A stretch of DNA of 64,000 bases from Tubiluchus corallicola (Eukaryota > Animalia > Priapulida). The notes under the pieces were generated by a model. That model searched no databases. It saw nothing but the letters and a program-made list of their open reading frames with translations, and was not told the DNA's origin. Positions 22,112 to 32,167 of this stretch are shown here, one piece after another (the first letter of the stretch is position 1; every line of letters starts with the position of its first letter). The stretch lies in the NCBI GenBank assembly GCA_030141605.1, contig JAQGDQ010000216.1, forward strand, positions 290,259-354,258, in the 5' to 3' direction. The translations under genes and the position numbers were made by a program.

Positions 22112-23218
22112 ATGCATATAAGTGAGTTATCTGTTGTCAATTACAAAAATATTACTGAAGCCAGGCTACAGCTTTCTTCAAAGCTGAATTGCTTTATTGG
22201 TAATAACGGAGTTGGCAAGACCAATCTTCTTGATTGTATCTACTACCTTTCGTTTTGCAGGAGTTATTTCAACGCTTCCGATATTTACAATATAAAGCAT
22301 GGGGAGGAGTTTTTTATTCTGCAGGGTAGGTACATGAAGGGAGAGGATGGGGAAGAGGAGGTACATTGCGGGTTGAAGAGGGGGCAGAGGAAGAGGTTTC
22401 GCCGCAATAAGAAGGAGTATCAGAGGCTATTGGAGCATATTGGTGTATTGCCACTTGTCATGGTTTCCCCATCCGATGTACAGCTTATTCTTGGAGGAAG
22501 CGAGGAGCGCAGAAAGTTTATGGACAATGTGATATCCCAGTCTGACCGTACCTACCTTAGTTGGCTGGTGAGGTATAATAGAGCTGTTTTGCAGAGGAAC
22601 AGCCTACTTAAACATTTTGCAAAGAATCATGTTTTTGACGCAGCTGGCTTGGAGGTGTGGGATGAGCAGCTTGTAGCTTTTGGAGAAAAGATATATAAAA
22701 AGAGAACAGAGTTTCTTTCGGATTTATTACCGGTATTTCAGAAGTATTACCAGCTTGTTTCTAAGGGAGGTGAAGAGGTCTCTCTTAAATATTTATCACA
22801 ACTGGAGAGTGGCGGGTTCAGGGACATGTTGAGAGAGGCTCTTCCTAAAGACAGGATATTGCAATATACTTCAACGGGAGTCCACAAGGATGACTTGGAT
22901 TTAAAACTGGGTGGTTACCCCATAAAAAAGCTGGGTTCACAGGGTCAAAAAAAGACATATCTTATTTCGTTGAAATTGGCGCAGTTTGAGTTTATAAGCT
23001 CGGTGAGTGGGGCAAAGCCTATACTGCTTTTGGATGATATTTTCGATAAGCTTGACAGTGAAAGAGTAGAGCAGATTGTAAGCCTTGTCTCCGGAAACAC
23101 CTTCGGGCAGATATTTATTACTGATACAAATAGAGAGCATCTTGACAGTATTATATCCAGCTCGTTGGACGATTACAAGATATTTAATGTTACAGGCAGC
23201 GGGGTAGTTAGTGGTTGA
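22112..23218 (+). CDS. recF: DNA replication/repair protein RecF
   Basis: Walker A GNNGVGKTN, ERRKFMD, GVHKDDL, GSQGQKK, PILLLDDIFDKLD. Confidence 0.97.
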   Translation: MHISELSVVNYKNITEARLQLSSKLNCFIGNNGVGKTNLLDCIYYLSFCRSYFNASDIYNIKHGEEFFILQGRYMKGEDGEEEVHCGLKRGQRKRFRRNKKEYQRLLEHIGVLPLVMVSPSDVQLILGGSEERRKFMDNVISQSDRTYLSWLVRYNRAVLQRNSLLKHFAKNHVFDAAGLEVWDEQLVAFGEKIYKKRTEFLSDLLPVFQKYYQLVSKGGEEVSLKYLSQLESGGFRDMLREALPKDRILQYTSTGVHKDDLDLKLGGYPIKKLGSQGQKKTYLISLKLAQFEFISSVSGAKPILLLDDIFDKLDSERVEQIVSLVSGNTFGQIFITDTNREHLDSIISSSLDDYKIFNVTGSGVVSG

Positions 23219-23529
23219 ATACAAAAAATGTATTGAAAATGCGCAGGAATAAAGCGGTGAAGTTTGGTAATGTTATGAAGGATCTCTTAAAAGAGACTGG
23301 AATAGAGGAGAAGCTATCTGATGCCAGGAGTGTGAGCGCGTGGAGTGAGGTGGTAGGAGAGGTTATTGTAAAGGCAACAAGGAGTATTTATATTAGGAAT
23401 GGTGTACTCTATGTGCATCTCTCTTCTTCAGTGGTACGGAATGAACTGTTTATGATGCGACAAAGAATAATAAGTGATATAAACAGCAAGCCCGGTGTAA
23501 GCAAGATAAAGGCAATAGTTTTGAAGTAG
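23215..23529 (+). CDS. DUF721/DciA-family protein
   Basis: AWSEVVG, GVLYVHLSSSVVRNELFM; usual position directly after recF. Confidence 0.85.
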   Translation: MNTKNVLKMRRNKAVKFGNVMKDLLKETGIEEKLSDARSVSAWSEVVGEVIVKATRSIYIRNGVLYVHLSSSVVRNELFMMRQRIISDINSKPGVSKIKAIVLK

Positions 23530-23617
23530 GTGCGGAGGCAGAGGGTATAGTGTACCTTTCGGTGTTTTATTAGAGGCAGCAAACAAGTATAGTAGATGGG
23601 TGTTTTAAAGGATATAT

Positions 23618-26020
23618 ATGGATAATGGTGTGAGAAAAGTTGGTGTTCTTCGTTTTATTATTTTGCTTCCCCTGTTTTTGGGAGCGCTGATAATTGTAGT
23701 TTTTTTTTCATGTGTCGGCCGTGGAGGGAGGAGTACCGGGCATACTGAGCCTGATGTTTATGCAGGATCGGAAAGCTGTAAAGAGTGTCATGAGGAGTTT
23801 TACCGCCTGTGGTCGACATCGCACCATGGTAAAGCGATGCAGCCGCTAGATGAGAGTTTTACTTCCGACAAGGTTCCCGAGATGAGAGAGTGGCAAGAGG
23901 TTGAGGGTGGGGAGTTTAGGATAGTGAAGCGCGAAGGGAAGTTATTATATGAGGAGCGTACCGGAGATAGTATTAACGTTTATGAGGCTGTTCATGCTAT
24001 GGGTGGCAAGAATATTTTCTATTTTCTTACACCACTGGATAAGGGTAGGCTACAGGTGCTACCTTTGGCTTATGACCTTAATCGGGAAGAGTGGTACAAT
24101 ACCCAGGAGAGTGCTGTCAGGCACTTTGTAGAGGTAGTGGAAGATGAGGCACTACCGTGGAAGCATTATCTGTATACGTTTAATACAACTTGTCACAGCT
24201 GTCACGTTAGCCAGCTGGAAAATAATTATGATCTGGAGTCCGGCACCTATTTTACTACATGGAGGGAACCCGGTATCAACTGTGAGGCGTGTCATGGCCC
24301 GTCAAGGGAGCATGTCGATGTTTTTCGCAATGCGAAGGATGGAGAGCATCCTGATGACTGGAAGATATTGTTGACATCAAAGTTTACAACGGAGCAGCAC
24401 AATTCGACATGTTCATCATGCCATGCGAAAATGTCGCCGGTTACAGCCCATTATCAGCCGGGTGAGGAGTTTTACGATCATTTTAATCTTGTAACCCTAG
24501 ACAATATTGATTATTACCCCGACGGTCGTGATCTGGGCGAGAATTATACTTACACGAGCTGGAGTCAGAGCCCTTGTGTTCAGGCAGGAGCGGAGTTTCA
24601 TTGTGTTACGTGTCACACCTCATCGGGGCGTTATCGTTTTGCCGAGGAGGACCACAATAATGCATGTATGCCGTGTCATCAAAGTAAGGTGGAGAATATA
24701 GAGGCTCATTCATACCATCCGGCAGATAGTAAGGCGGGGCAGTGTGTGGCGTGCCACATGCCAAAGACCGAGTTTGCCAGAATGGTGCGTAGCGATCACT
24801 CTATGCGTCCGCCTATGCCTGCCGCAAGTGTTGAATTTGGTTCCCCAAACGCGTGTAATATTTGTCATGAAGGCAGAGATGCTGCTTGGGCAGACAGGGT
24901 GGTGCGTAAGCGGTATAAAAAGGATTATCAGGCTTCGGTGGTTTATGTTGGTAAGCTGATAAAGGAGGCGAGAGATAATGATTTTAGCAGGGTAGGGGAG
25001 ATGCTGAGCTATATAAAAGAGAATGCAGACAAGGAGGTGTACACAGCGTCGTTAATAAGGTTGGTTGCCCGCGCTACTGATGATAGCAAGTGGGATGTTT
25101 TCAGGGATATGCTGTCTGCTGCCGAGTCGCCACTGGTTAGGATAGCTGCTGCTGAGGGGCTTGCTTCCGATTTTTCGCCGAAAAGTAAAAGTGTACTGTT
25201 AAGAGCATTAGATGACAGATATATGGCTGTGCGCATGGCTGCTATTTCATCATTAACACTTTACCCCCGAAGCTCTTTTTCACGGGCGGAGCTTTTAAAG
25301 CTTACTCCTTGTTTTGAGGATTATGAGGAGTTGCTTACTGCACGTATTGACGAGTGGTCGGCACACTATAATCTGGGTAACTTTTATACTCAGCAGGAGC
25401 GGTTTGATGAAGCGCTGTCTGCTTACAATATTTCGGCTGGGTTAAATCCGGAAGCGGTGCCTTCATTAGTGAATGCGGGATATGTTTATGGTCTGGTTGG
25501 CGACTACGCCACAGCAGAAAAGAGGCTTGTACAGGCTCTTGTGGTTGCTCCTGATAATGAGGCTGCAAATCTTAACTATGCCCTTTTGCTGGGTGAGCAG
25601 GGACGCATGGGTGAGGCTGAGACTGTATATCGCAAGCTTATGGAGATAAACCCCAAGTCGGTTACTGCCGCATACAACCTTGCCGTTATTCTATCCAAAC
25701 AGAACATAGATGAGGCTCTGGTCTTTAGCGAGCTTGCTGCCCGGCATGATTCGGACAACAGTCGTTACAGCTATACATACGCCTATTTCCTTTTGCAGGC
25801 CAATAAAGGTTTGGAGGCTGAGAAGGTATTGCTACAGCTGATAAGCGATTTTCCGGATTATGGAGACGCGTATGCGCTGCTTGCCAACTACTATCTGGAA
25901 TCCGGTAGTGTAGACAAGGCAAAGAGTGTCTATACTAAAGCGTTGGAAGAGCAGAGTATTCCTGAAAGTGTAAAGCAGGCATTTGCTCGTAGCTTATTGC
26001 AGCTTAACGGTAGCAGGTAA
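23618..26020 (+). CDS. Multiheme (8x CxxCH) c-type cytochrome lipoprotein fused to HEAT and TPR repeats
   Basis: Lipobox-like VFFSC; CKECH, CHSCH, CEACH, CSSCH, CVTCH, CMPCH, CVACH, CNICH; HEAT repeats (LVRIAAAEGL, AVRMAAISSL); C-terminal TPRs. Confidence 0.85.
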   Translation: MDNGVRKVGVLRFIILLPLFLGALIIVVFFSCVGRGGRSTGHTEPDVYAGSESCKECHEEFYRLWSTSHHGKAMQPLDESFTSDKVPEMREWQEVEGGEFRIVKREGKLLYEERTGDSINVYEAVHAMGGKNIFYFLTPLDKGRLQVLPLAYDLNREEWYNTQESAVRHFVEVVEDEALPWKHYLYTFNTTCHSCHVSQLENNYDLESGTYFTTWREPGINCEACHGPSREHVDVFRNAKDGEHPDDWKILLTSKFTTEQHNSTCSSCHAKMSPVTAHYQPGEEFYDHFNLVTLDNIDYYPDGRDLGENYTYTSWSQSPCVQAGAEFHCVTCHTSSGRYRFAEEDHNNACMPCHQSKVENIEAHSYHPADSKAGQCVACHMPKTEFARMVRSDHSMRPPMPAASVEFGSPNACNICHEGRDAAWADRVVRKRYKKDYQASVVYVGKLIKEARDNDFSRVGEMLSYIKENADKEVYTASLIRLVARATDDSKWDVFRDMLSAAESPLVRIAAAEGLASDFSPKSKSVLLRALDDRYMAVRMAAISSLTLYPRSSFSRAELLKLTPCFEDYEELLTARIDEWSAHYNLGNFYTQQERFDEALSAYNISAGLNPEAVPSLVNAGYVYGLVGDYATAEKRLVQALVVAPDNEAANLNYALLLGEQGRMGEAETVYRKLMEINPKSVTAAYNLAVILSKQNIDEALVFSELAARHDSDNSRYSYTYAYFLLQANKGLEAEKVLLQLISDFPDYGDAYALLANYYLESGSVDKAKSVYTKALEEQSIPESVKQAFARSLLQLNGSR

Positions 26021-26051
26021 TAACGAGCTCTTCGCAAAGTTCACGTTTTAT

Positions 26052-27389
26052 GACACTGTTTCACAAAGTGTGTAAACTAAAAAAATACCGAGGGTTTGGC
26101 TATTTATAGCTGGACCCTTTTTTCAAATATAACTAAGAACTGATTCAAGACAATGCCCCAGTTTCTGATTGGCATTGACCATTTTTTAGTTGCTTCTCTG
26201 GTTGCCAAAAATACAGATTTCATTACAGCCTGGTCTGACGGGAATGAAAGTTTGTTTTTTGTGTATTTTCTGATTTTTCCGTTGAGATTCTCAATCAGGT
26301 TGGTTGTATAAATTATCTTTATGATTTCCAGCGGAAACTCAAAGAATACGGTTAGATCTTCCCAGTTGTCTCGCCAGCTTTTAATTGCGTAAGAGTATTT
26401 ATCCTCCCAAGCTGCTGCAAAATCTTCTAAAGCTGCTTTTGCAGCCTCTTTTGTATGGGCGTTATAGATTTGCTTCATATCTTTTGTAAATGCCTTTTTA
26501 TCTTTCCAAACCACGTATCTGCTTGCGTTACGGATTTGATGAACAACACATATTTGTGTTTTAGATTCAGGGAAAACAGTTCGGATAGTATCTGTAAAGC
26601 CATTCAAGTTATCTGTTGCCGTAATCAGGATATCGTTAACTCCACGGGCTTTCATATCGGTAAGTACGTTCATCCAAAAGGCAGCGGACTCACTCTTGCC
26701 CAACCATAAGCCAAGAACCTCTTTTTTCCCATCTCTGCGAAGTCCTACGGCAATGTAAACGGTTTTGTTGACGACCTTAGAGTTCTCCCGCACTTTAAAT
26801 ACAATGCCATCCATCCAAACAATTAGGTATACAATTTCCAGAGGTCGGTTCTGCCACGCTACAATGTCGTTGGTGACTGAATCGGTAATCCTTGATATGG
26901 TGGATGTAGAAACTTCAAAACCGTATAGCTCCCGAATTTGCTCTTCAATATCGCTATTACTCATTCCTTTAGCATAAAACGAAACAATGATATTCTCTAA
27001 GCCATCGACCATGTTCCCTCCTTTGGGTACAATCATCGGATTAAACGAAGCATCACGGTCTCGGGGAACCTGAATGTTGGATTCTCCCAGAGTGGTTCGG
27101 ACTCTCTTCTCTGAATAGCCATTGCGGGCATTCTGATTATTCGATTTTTGATTCTTATCATAGCCTAAATGACCATCGAGTTCTCCTTCAAGCATCTTTT
27201 CAATGCCTCGTTTTTGGAGCTCTTGTAAAAAACCATTGAGCTCTTCCCCTGAATTAAACTGTTCAAGGAAATCATCATTTAATAAATCTTCTTTTTTCAT
27301 TACTGTCTAAAGTTTTAAAATTAAACAAAAAAATGCCGAGGGTTGCAACCCTCGGCATTTTCTATTTACACAGTTTATGAGATAGTGCT
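26052..27389 (-). mobile_element. IS256-family element, copy 2 (1338 bp, intact), 8-bp target duplication CGTTTTAT
   Basis: Same IRs as copy 1, in inverted orientation. CGTTTTAT at 26044-26051 and 27390-27397. Confidence 0.95.
26104..27300 (-). CDS. IS256-family (Mutator-like) DDE transposase, intact 398 aa
   Basis: [51 protein letters not shown]. Confidence 0.95.
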   Translation of the reverse strand: MKKEDLLNDDFLEQFNSGEELNGFLQELQKRGIEKMLEGELDGHLGYDKNQKSNNQNARNGYSEKRVRTTLGESNIQVPRDRDASFNPMIVPKGGNMVDGLENIIVSFYAKGMSNSDIEEQIRELYGFEVSTSTISRITDSVTNDIVAWQNRPLEIVYLIVWMDGIVFKVRENSKVVNKTVYIAVGLRRDGKKEVLGLWLGKSESAAFWMNVLTDMKARGVNDILITATDNLNGFTDTIRTVFPESKTQICVVHQIRNASRYVVWKDKKAFTKDMKQIYNAHTKEAAKAALEDFAAAWEDKYSYAIKSWRDNWEDLTVFFEFPLEIIKIIYTTNLIENLNGKIRKYTKNKLSFPSDQAVMKSVFLATREATKKWSMPIRNWGIVLNQFLVIFEKRVQL

Positions 27390-27481
27390 CGTTTTATTAG
27401 CACTTTTATCAGGATTCTTTTTTAAGCCATCATTTTTGGACAGCCTCTTTGTGCGACTATTGAGCAGTGAAAAAGTTTTGA

Positions 27482-28474
27482 CTAATCGTTGACATCCTCT
27501 TCTGTATCCTGTCTGTCATCATCTGCAATTGATTCCCTCATAAAGGTGTCAGCGCCTATATTTTTGTATTTCATATAGTCCATGACACCAAGGTTGCCAC
27601 TCTTAAACGCTGTTGATATTGCTAAAGGAACCTGAGCTTCCGCTTCAATTACTTTTGCGCGTGCCTCCTGAGCTTTCGCCCGCATTTCCTGCTCTAGAGC
27701 GACTGCCATTGCGCGACGTTCCTCTGCTTTTGCCTGAGCTATGTTTTTATCTGCATCTGCCTGATCCATTTGAAGGACCGCCCCTATATTTTTACCAATA
27801 TCAATATCTGCAATATCAATAGATAGTATTTCAAATGCTGTTCCTGCATCCAACCCTTTTTCTAGCACCAATTTTGATATTGAGTCGGGGTTCTCCAGCA
27901 CCTCTTTGTGGGAATATGAGGATCCAATTGAGGATACGATACCTTCTCCCACTCTTGCCAAGATGGTCTCTTCTCCTGCTCCTCCGACAAGCTGCTTGAT
28001 GTTTGCCCTTACTGTTACACGAGCTTTGCAAATAAGCTGTATTCCATCTTTGGCAACGGCTGTAACTGGGGGCGTGTCAATGACTTTTGGGTTTACTGAC
28101 ATTTGAACAGCCTGAAACACATCTCTTCCCGCCAAATCAATTGCTGTGGCCATGTTAAAAGACAAGTCAATATTGGCTTTTTCGGCGGATACGAGAGCAT
28201 GAACAACGCTTTCAACCCGTCCCCCCGCAAGGTAATGAGCCTCCAGTTGATCCCGCATTACCGCTTTCAGCCCGGCCTTATGTGCTTCTATCATCGCTCT
28301 TGTAATAGTACCGGGAGGAACCTTCCTGAATCTCATTAGAAAAAGTTGCAGTATTGATATGTTAACTCCTGAAACAAGAGCAGAGAACCATAACCCTATC
28401 GGGATAAGGTAAACAAACAGCATCAGGAGTACAATTATCCCTACAAAAATTCCAATAATACTTGCCATGTCCAT
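27482..28474 (-). CDS. floA: Flotillin-like protein FloA (YqfA/UPF0365)
   Basis: [65 protein letters not shown]. Confidence 0.93.
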   Translation of the reverse strand: MDMASIIGIFVGIIVLLMLFVYLIPIGLWFSALVSGVNISILQLFLMRFRKVPPGTITRAMIEAHKAGLKAVMRDQLEAHYLAGGRVESVVHALVSAEKANIDLSFNMATAIDLAGRDVFQAVQMSVNPKVIDTPPVTAVAKDGIQLICKARVTVRANIKQLVGGAGEETILARVGEGIVSSIGSSYSHKEVLENPDSISKLVLEKGLDAGTAFEILSIDIADIDIGKNIGAVLQMDQADADKNIAQAKAEERRAMAVALEQEMRAKAQEARAKVIEAEAQVPLAISTAFKSGNLGVMDYMKYKNIGADTFMRESIADDDRQDTEEDVND

Positions 28475-28477
28475 AGT

Positions 28478-28954
28478 TTATCGACTTTTTATTTGTTTAA
28501 TAACTAATTGATTTTTTAGCACTTTAATTACTTTTACCCTCTCTCCTGCATCAATCAGGTTTCCGGAGGTTTTACCTTCATACACATTGTTGTCTACCAA
28601 TATCTTCCCTATAGGTGCCAGCCTTGTTAATGCAACACCTCTGTCTCCCTGCTTTACAGCCTGCTTGTCTATTTGAGCTGCTTTGCCTGTAATAGCAGAG
28701 CTTAGTCTCATTTTTTTTCCCAACCTGCCTTTAAAGAAGCGGTAGAAAATGATCGGGGTTACTATTGTGACAAGAAGCAATGCAAGAACACCTCCCCATA
28801 TGCCATAGTTGACAAAAGCCAAGTATGTACTATACACAAATAATCCCCCCCCTGCAATTCCGAAAACAGTCACACCGGGAATAACCGCAAGCTCTATAAT
28901 GAGTAGCACAGCTCCCAGAAGAATAAGTCCCAATATTATAACAATAGAGTTCAT
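28478..28954 (-). CDS. NfeD-family membrane protein
   Basis: Three TM segments (ELAVIPG..GIAG) plus a C-terminal OB fold (LTRLAPIGK); directly upstream of floA. Confidence 0.88.
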   Translation of the reverse strand: MNSIVIILGLILLGAVLLIIELAVIPGVTVFGIAGGGLFVYSTYLAFVNYGIWGGVLALLLVTIVTPIIFYRFFKGRLGKKMRLSSAITGKAAQIDKQAVKQGDRGVALTRLAPIGKILVDNNVYEGKTSGNLIDAGERVKVIKVLKNQLVIKQIKSR

Positions 28955-28980
28955 ACAAGAAGATTAGAGTTAAAATCACA

Positions 28981-29256
28981 TCATCTAATTTCAACGTTGA
29001 GGCCGTATGCACCAAGTGCGTTCTCCATAGGGGCCAAATTCTCTTTTAACCCCTCTTTGATTATGCACTCACCCTTGTAGTGTGCAATATATGTGCATTG
29101 CGACGCCTGAGTTGTATCGTGGTTACATACCTTTGATAATGTATTAGCTACATGGTCAAAAGTGTTATAGTTATCATTGTAGAGTACAAGATACCTGTTT
29201 CTGGGTTCAATACTTCTGTTTACTTCTTTATCACTCTTTTTTTCCTTAATAGTCAT
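28981..29256 (-). CDS. clpS: ATP-dependent Clp protease adaptor ClpS
   Basis: LVLYNDNYNTFDHV, QASQCTYIAHYKGEC. Confidence 0.9.
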   Translation of the reverse strand: MTIKEKKSDKEVNRSIEPRNRYLVLYNDNYNTFDHVANTLSKVCNHDTTQASQCTYIAHYKGECIIKEGLKENLAPMENALGAYGLNVEIR

Positions 29257-29437
29257 AAATATTAATATTTAATGTTGCTTTATTACTGACTATTGCCCTA
29301 TTGTCGAGGCGTTGCTGCAAGGTAGTAATAAAAAATTGTTACCCCAAATTAATTTTGTCGGTTTGTTTTAAATCAGACATTTAATTGGCGGTGATTTACT
29401 TTCAGCAGGGGTATGTGAGGCTTTGTTTAACAGAACT

Positions 29438-29562
29438 GAGGCTCCTGTGAGCACACTTTTTTATTAATACTATTTTTTCTTCAGATCTTTTTATTTATAT
29501 CGGAATTACGGTTGGTTCTCTCTTCATCGTTATAATCAATTTTTTTGTTTTGCAAGAGCCCC
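29438..29562 (+). repeat. Dispersed MITE-like repeat, copy D
   Basis: GAGGCTCC...TTTTTATTAATACTATTTTTTCTTCAGATC...TTTTGCAAGAGCCC, similar to the copies at 30833 and 47149. Confidence 0.55.
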
Positions 29563-29666
29563 GGCTTGATTTTGCCCATCGTGGGTGTAATTTTATATTT
29601 TTGTTTATTCGAGGCTGTAAAAAGTAGTTTTTTAAACTCGGTATTAATCCCGGAGGGCAGAGTCAA

Positions 29667-30812
29667 ATGAGGTTGTGTTATAAGCGTGTATTGATTGTTG
29701 TGCAGTTTGTATTTACTGGATATGTATATGGGCAGAATGTCTCTTTTAACGGGCAGGTTGACGGATGGATAACATTGAAGCTGCACGATAGTTTTGGAGC
29801 GATGTCAGGTGCCAGGTATATACCTACTTTGGATTTTGAGTATTCCGTTTCAAAAAGTAGCCTGATTGACGTAGAGGCTTCGGCGAATATTTTTGGAGCT
29901 ACGGAGTATTTTGACTGTGACTTTAGCAGTAGTGGTGATATCAGGCCGTATCGGCTATGGTGCCGTTATAGTGGCGATAGACTGGAGGTGAGGGGAGGGC
30001 TTCAGAAGATAAATTTTGGACCTGGCATGATGCTACGCCCTCTTATGTGGTTTGATCAGATTGACCCGCGTGACCCTTTGCAGATTACTGATGGGGTGTA
30101 TGGAGTGCTGGCGCGTTACTATTTTATGAATAGCGCCAATGTATGGTTGTGGGGATTATACGGCAATGGTTCTGTCAAGGGGTGGGAAGTGGTGCCTTCA
30201 AAACGCAATCGTCCTGAGGCAGGTGGTAGGATACAGGTTCCTGCCCTGTCTGGAGAGGTAGCTGTTTCGTATCACAATCGTGAGGTTGATTTTGAGAAGG
30301 TGGTGGGGGTGATTGGGCGTGGAGAGGGAAGAGTTGTTGAAAATAGGGTTGGATTGGACGGAAGGTGGGATATTGAGGGAGGGCCGGGTTTGTGGTTTGA
30401 GAGTGTTATCACAAATCAGAGTATGCCCTCCGGTTATTATCCCTGGCAGAGGCAGCTGTGTATTGGAGCTGATTACACCTTTAAGGTCGGGAATGGCCTC
30501 AATGTGGTACATGAGTTGTTGTGGGCAGATGTGTCAGGGCGGGCTTTTGGTGGTGGAGAGGGAGGATTGTTTTCCGCCCTTTTGTCAAGTTACCCGCTGG
30601 GATTGTCAGATAATATTGTGGCGATAATATACTATGACTACTCGAATAGCGGCTGGTACCGGTTTATAAATTGGCAAAAGCAGTATGATAGCATTGGTTT
30701 GCATCTTGTACTTTACTGGAACCCCGAAAAACTCAATGTTTACGGAGCTGCCGGAAACACTGCCGCCTTTCAGGGAAGTGGGGTGCAGTTTATGCTTGTG
30801 TTTAATCACTAA
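29667..30812 (+). CDS. Putative outer-membrane beta-barrel protein of unknown function
   Basis: Signal peptide; YRLWCRY, GLQKINFG, RPLMWFDQIDPRDPLQITDGV; aromatic C-terminal strand QFMLVFNH. Confidence 0.65.
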   Translation: MRLCYKRVLIVVQFVFTGYVYGQNVSFNGQVDGWITLKLHDSFGAMSGARYIPTLDFEYSVSKSSLIDVEASANIFGATEYFDCDFSSSGDIRPYRLWCRYSGDRLEVRGGLQKINFGPGMMLRPLMWFDQIDPRDPLQITDGVYGVLARYYFMNSANVWLWGLYGNGSVKGWEVVPSKRNRPEAGGRIQVPALSGEVAVSYHNREVDFEKVVGVIGRGEGRVVENRVGLDGRWDIEGGPGLWFESVITNQSMPSGYYPWQRQLCIGADYTFKVGNGLNVVHELLWADVSGRAFGGGEGGLFSALLSSYPLGLSDNIVAIIYYDYSNSGWYRFINWQKQYDSIGLHLVLYWNPEKLNVYGAAGNTAAFQGSGVQFMLVFNH

Positions 30813-30832
30813 TTTTGAGCCTGATAGCAAAT

Positions 30833-30894
30833 GAGGCTTGGTGTGTGGTGGCGTTTCTTTTCGTTAATATTATTTTTTCTTCAACCCATTTATT
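30833..30894 (+). repeat. 5' half of a MITE-like repeat (copy E), truncated by IS3 copy 2
   Basis: GAGGC...TTTTCGTTAATATTATTTTTTCTTCAACCC matches copy D. Confidence 0.45.
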
Positions 30895-31744
30895 TGTAAA
30901 TCTTCAGCTTAATTCGGACAAATTGGTTTAAAAATTAAGAGAGACATTTCTTACATTATAACCGATAAAAACGAGTAAGATGAAGGCAAAAAAACAGACT
31001 ACCGAACAAATGAGTTTAAAGATAAGACCACGCGTGTGCACCAGCAATGGCAAACCGATTTCACCTACTTTAAAATCATTGGATGGGGCTGGTATTATTT
31101 GGCTACCGTAATGGACGATTATTCAAGGTATATCGTCACCTGGGAGCTTTGCCAAAGCATTGAGTCGGCCGATGCCAAGCATGTTATTCAAAAGGCTTTA
31201 CATACGGCCAAAATACCTGCAGGCGATTGTCCCAGGTTACTCTCCGGTAATGGAGCGTGCTACATATCAAACGAGTTTCAGAGCTTTTTAAAAGATACCA
31301 AAATGGGACATGTACGTGGAGCCCCATACCACCCTCAAACACAAGGGAAAATTGAGCGTTACCACCGCACCATGAAAAATCAGGTAAAGTTGGATAACTA
31401 CTACTTTCCTGATGAACTAATGACGGTTCTACAGGAGTTTGTATATAATTACAACAACCACCGGTATCATGAATCACTCAAGAATGTTACACCTGCCGAC
31501 GTGTATTTTGGAAGGCAAAAACAGTTACTGGGCAATCGTGAAAACATTAAAATAAAAACGCTAAATGAAAGAAGAAAAAGGAATCAGAAAATCGCAGTGT
31601 ATCACTTTTGATTTATTGAAAACTCTGCGAGTTTCCAACAAGTCAACAGGTGAATTATCATCACCATAAAAAAGAGAATTTGAATTATAAAACTATCTCT
31701 TAACTTTAAGCATCAATTTGTCCAATAAGTTTTGAAGTTAAACA
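30895..31744 (+). mobile_element. IS3-family internal-deletion derivative (850 bp) of the element at 7536-9094
   Basis: Starts TGTAAATCTTCAGC and ends AAGTTAAACA. Lacks 711 bp equivalent to 7652-8362 (junction at 31010/31011). The residual integrase core has SDNG changed to SGNG. Confidence 0.92.
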
Positions 31745-31746
31745 GG

Positions 31747-32145
31747 TACAAAAGAACCAAAAAATCGAGCCTTTAAGGGCATTCCTTGTTTTTCGCTGTT
31801 TTCTTGTTAAGAGCTTTTAGTAGTGGCGGTTGTGTTTCAAGGTTTTTCTTTACGTTCTTTTGTTTTGATACAAAAGAACCAAAAAATCGAGCCTTTAAGG
31901 GCATTCCTTGTTTTTCGCTGTTTTCTTGTTAAGAGCTTTTAGTAGTGGCGGTTGTGTTTCAAGGTTTTTCTTTACGTTCTTTTGTTTTGATACAAAAGAA
32001 CCAAAAAATCGAGCCTTTAAGGGCATTCCTTGTTTTTCGCTGTTTTCTTGTTAAGAGTTTTTAGTAGTGGCGGTTGTGTTTCAAGGGGAGCTTATGTTCT
32101 TTTGTTTTGATAGAAAAGAGGCAAAAAATCAAGCTTTTAAGGGCA
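31747..32145. repeat. 122-bp tandem repeat: three copies plus a degenerate fourth start, palindrome-rich
   Basis: Units start at 31747, 31869, 31991 and 32111 (TACAAAAGAACCAAAAAATCGAGCCTTTAAGGGC...GTTCTTTTGTTTTGA). Confidence 0.92.
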
Positions 32146-32167
32146 GTTTTATTTTTTATTGAGTTTT

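Larger units (their letters stand above)
26025..27447 (+). repeat. MITE-like repeat copy C (short, ~77 bp when rejoined), interrupted by IS256 copy 2
   Basis: Rejoined GAGCTCTTCGCAAAGTTCACGTTTTATTAGCACTTTTATCAGGATTCTTTTTTAAGCCATCATTTTTGGACAGCCTC aligns with the 5' half of copy A and with the copy near 42250. Confidence 0.55.

Noticed and set aside
23618-26020. NrfA ammonia-forming nitrite reductase
   Set aside because: No CxxCK active-site motif, no nrfH, and a different domain architecture.
18984-27389. Composite transposon formed by the two inverted IS256 copies around ribH-recF-cytochrome
   Set aside because: Each copy has its own matching 8-bp duplication (AGATAGTG; CGTTTTAT), so they are independent insertions and no inversion between them has occurred.
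31747-32145. 122-bp array as a CRISPR array
   Set aside because: Whole units are near-identical, so there are no unique spacers, and there are no cas genes in the window.
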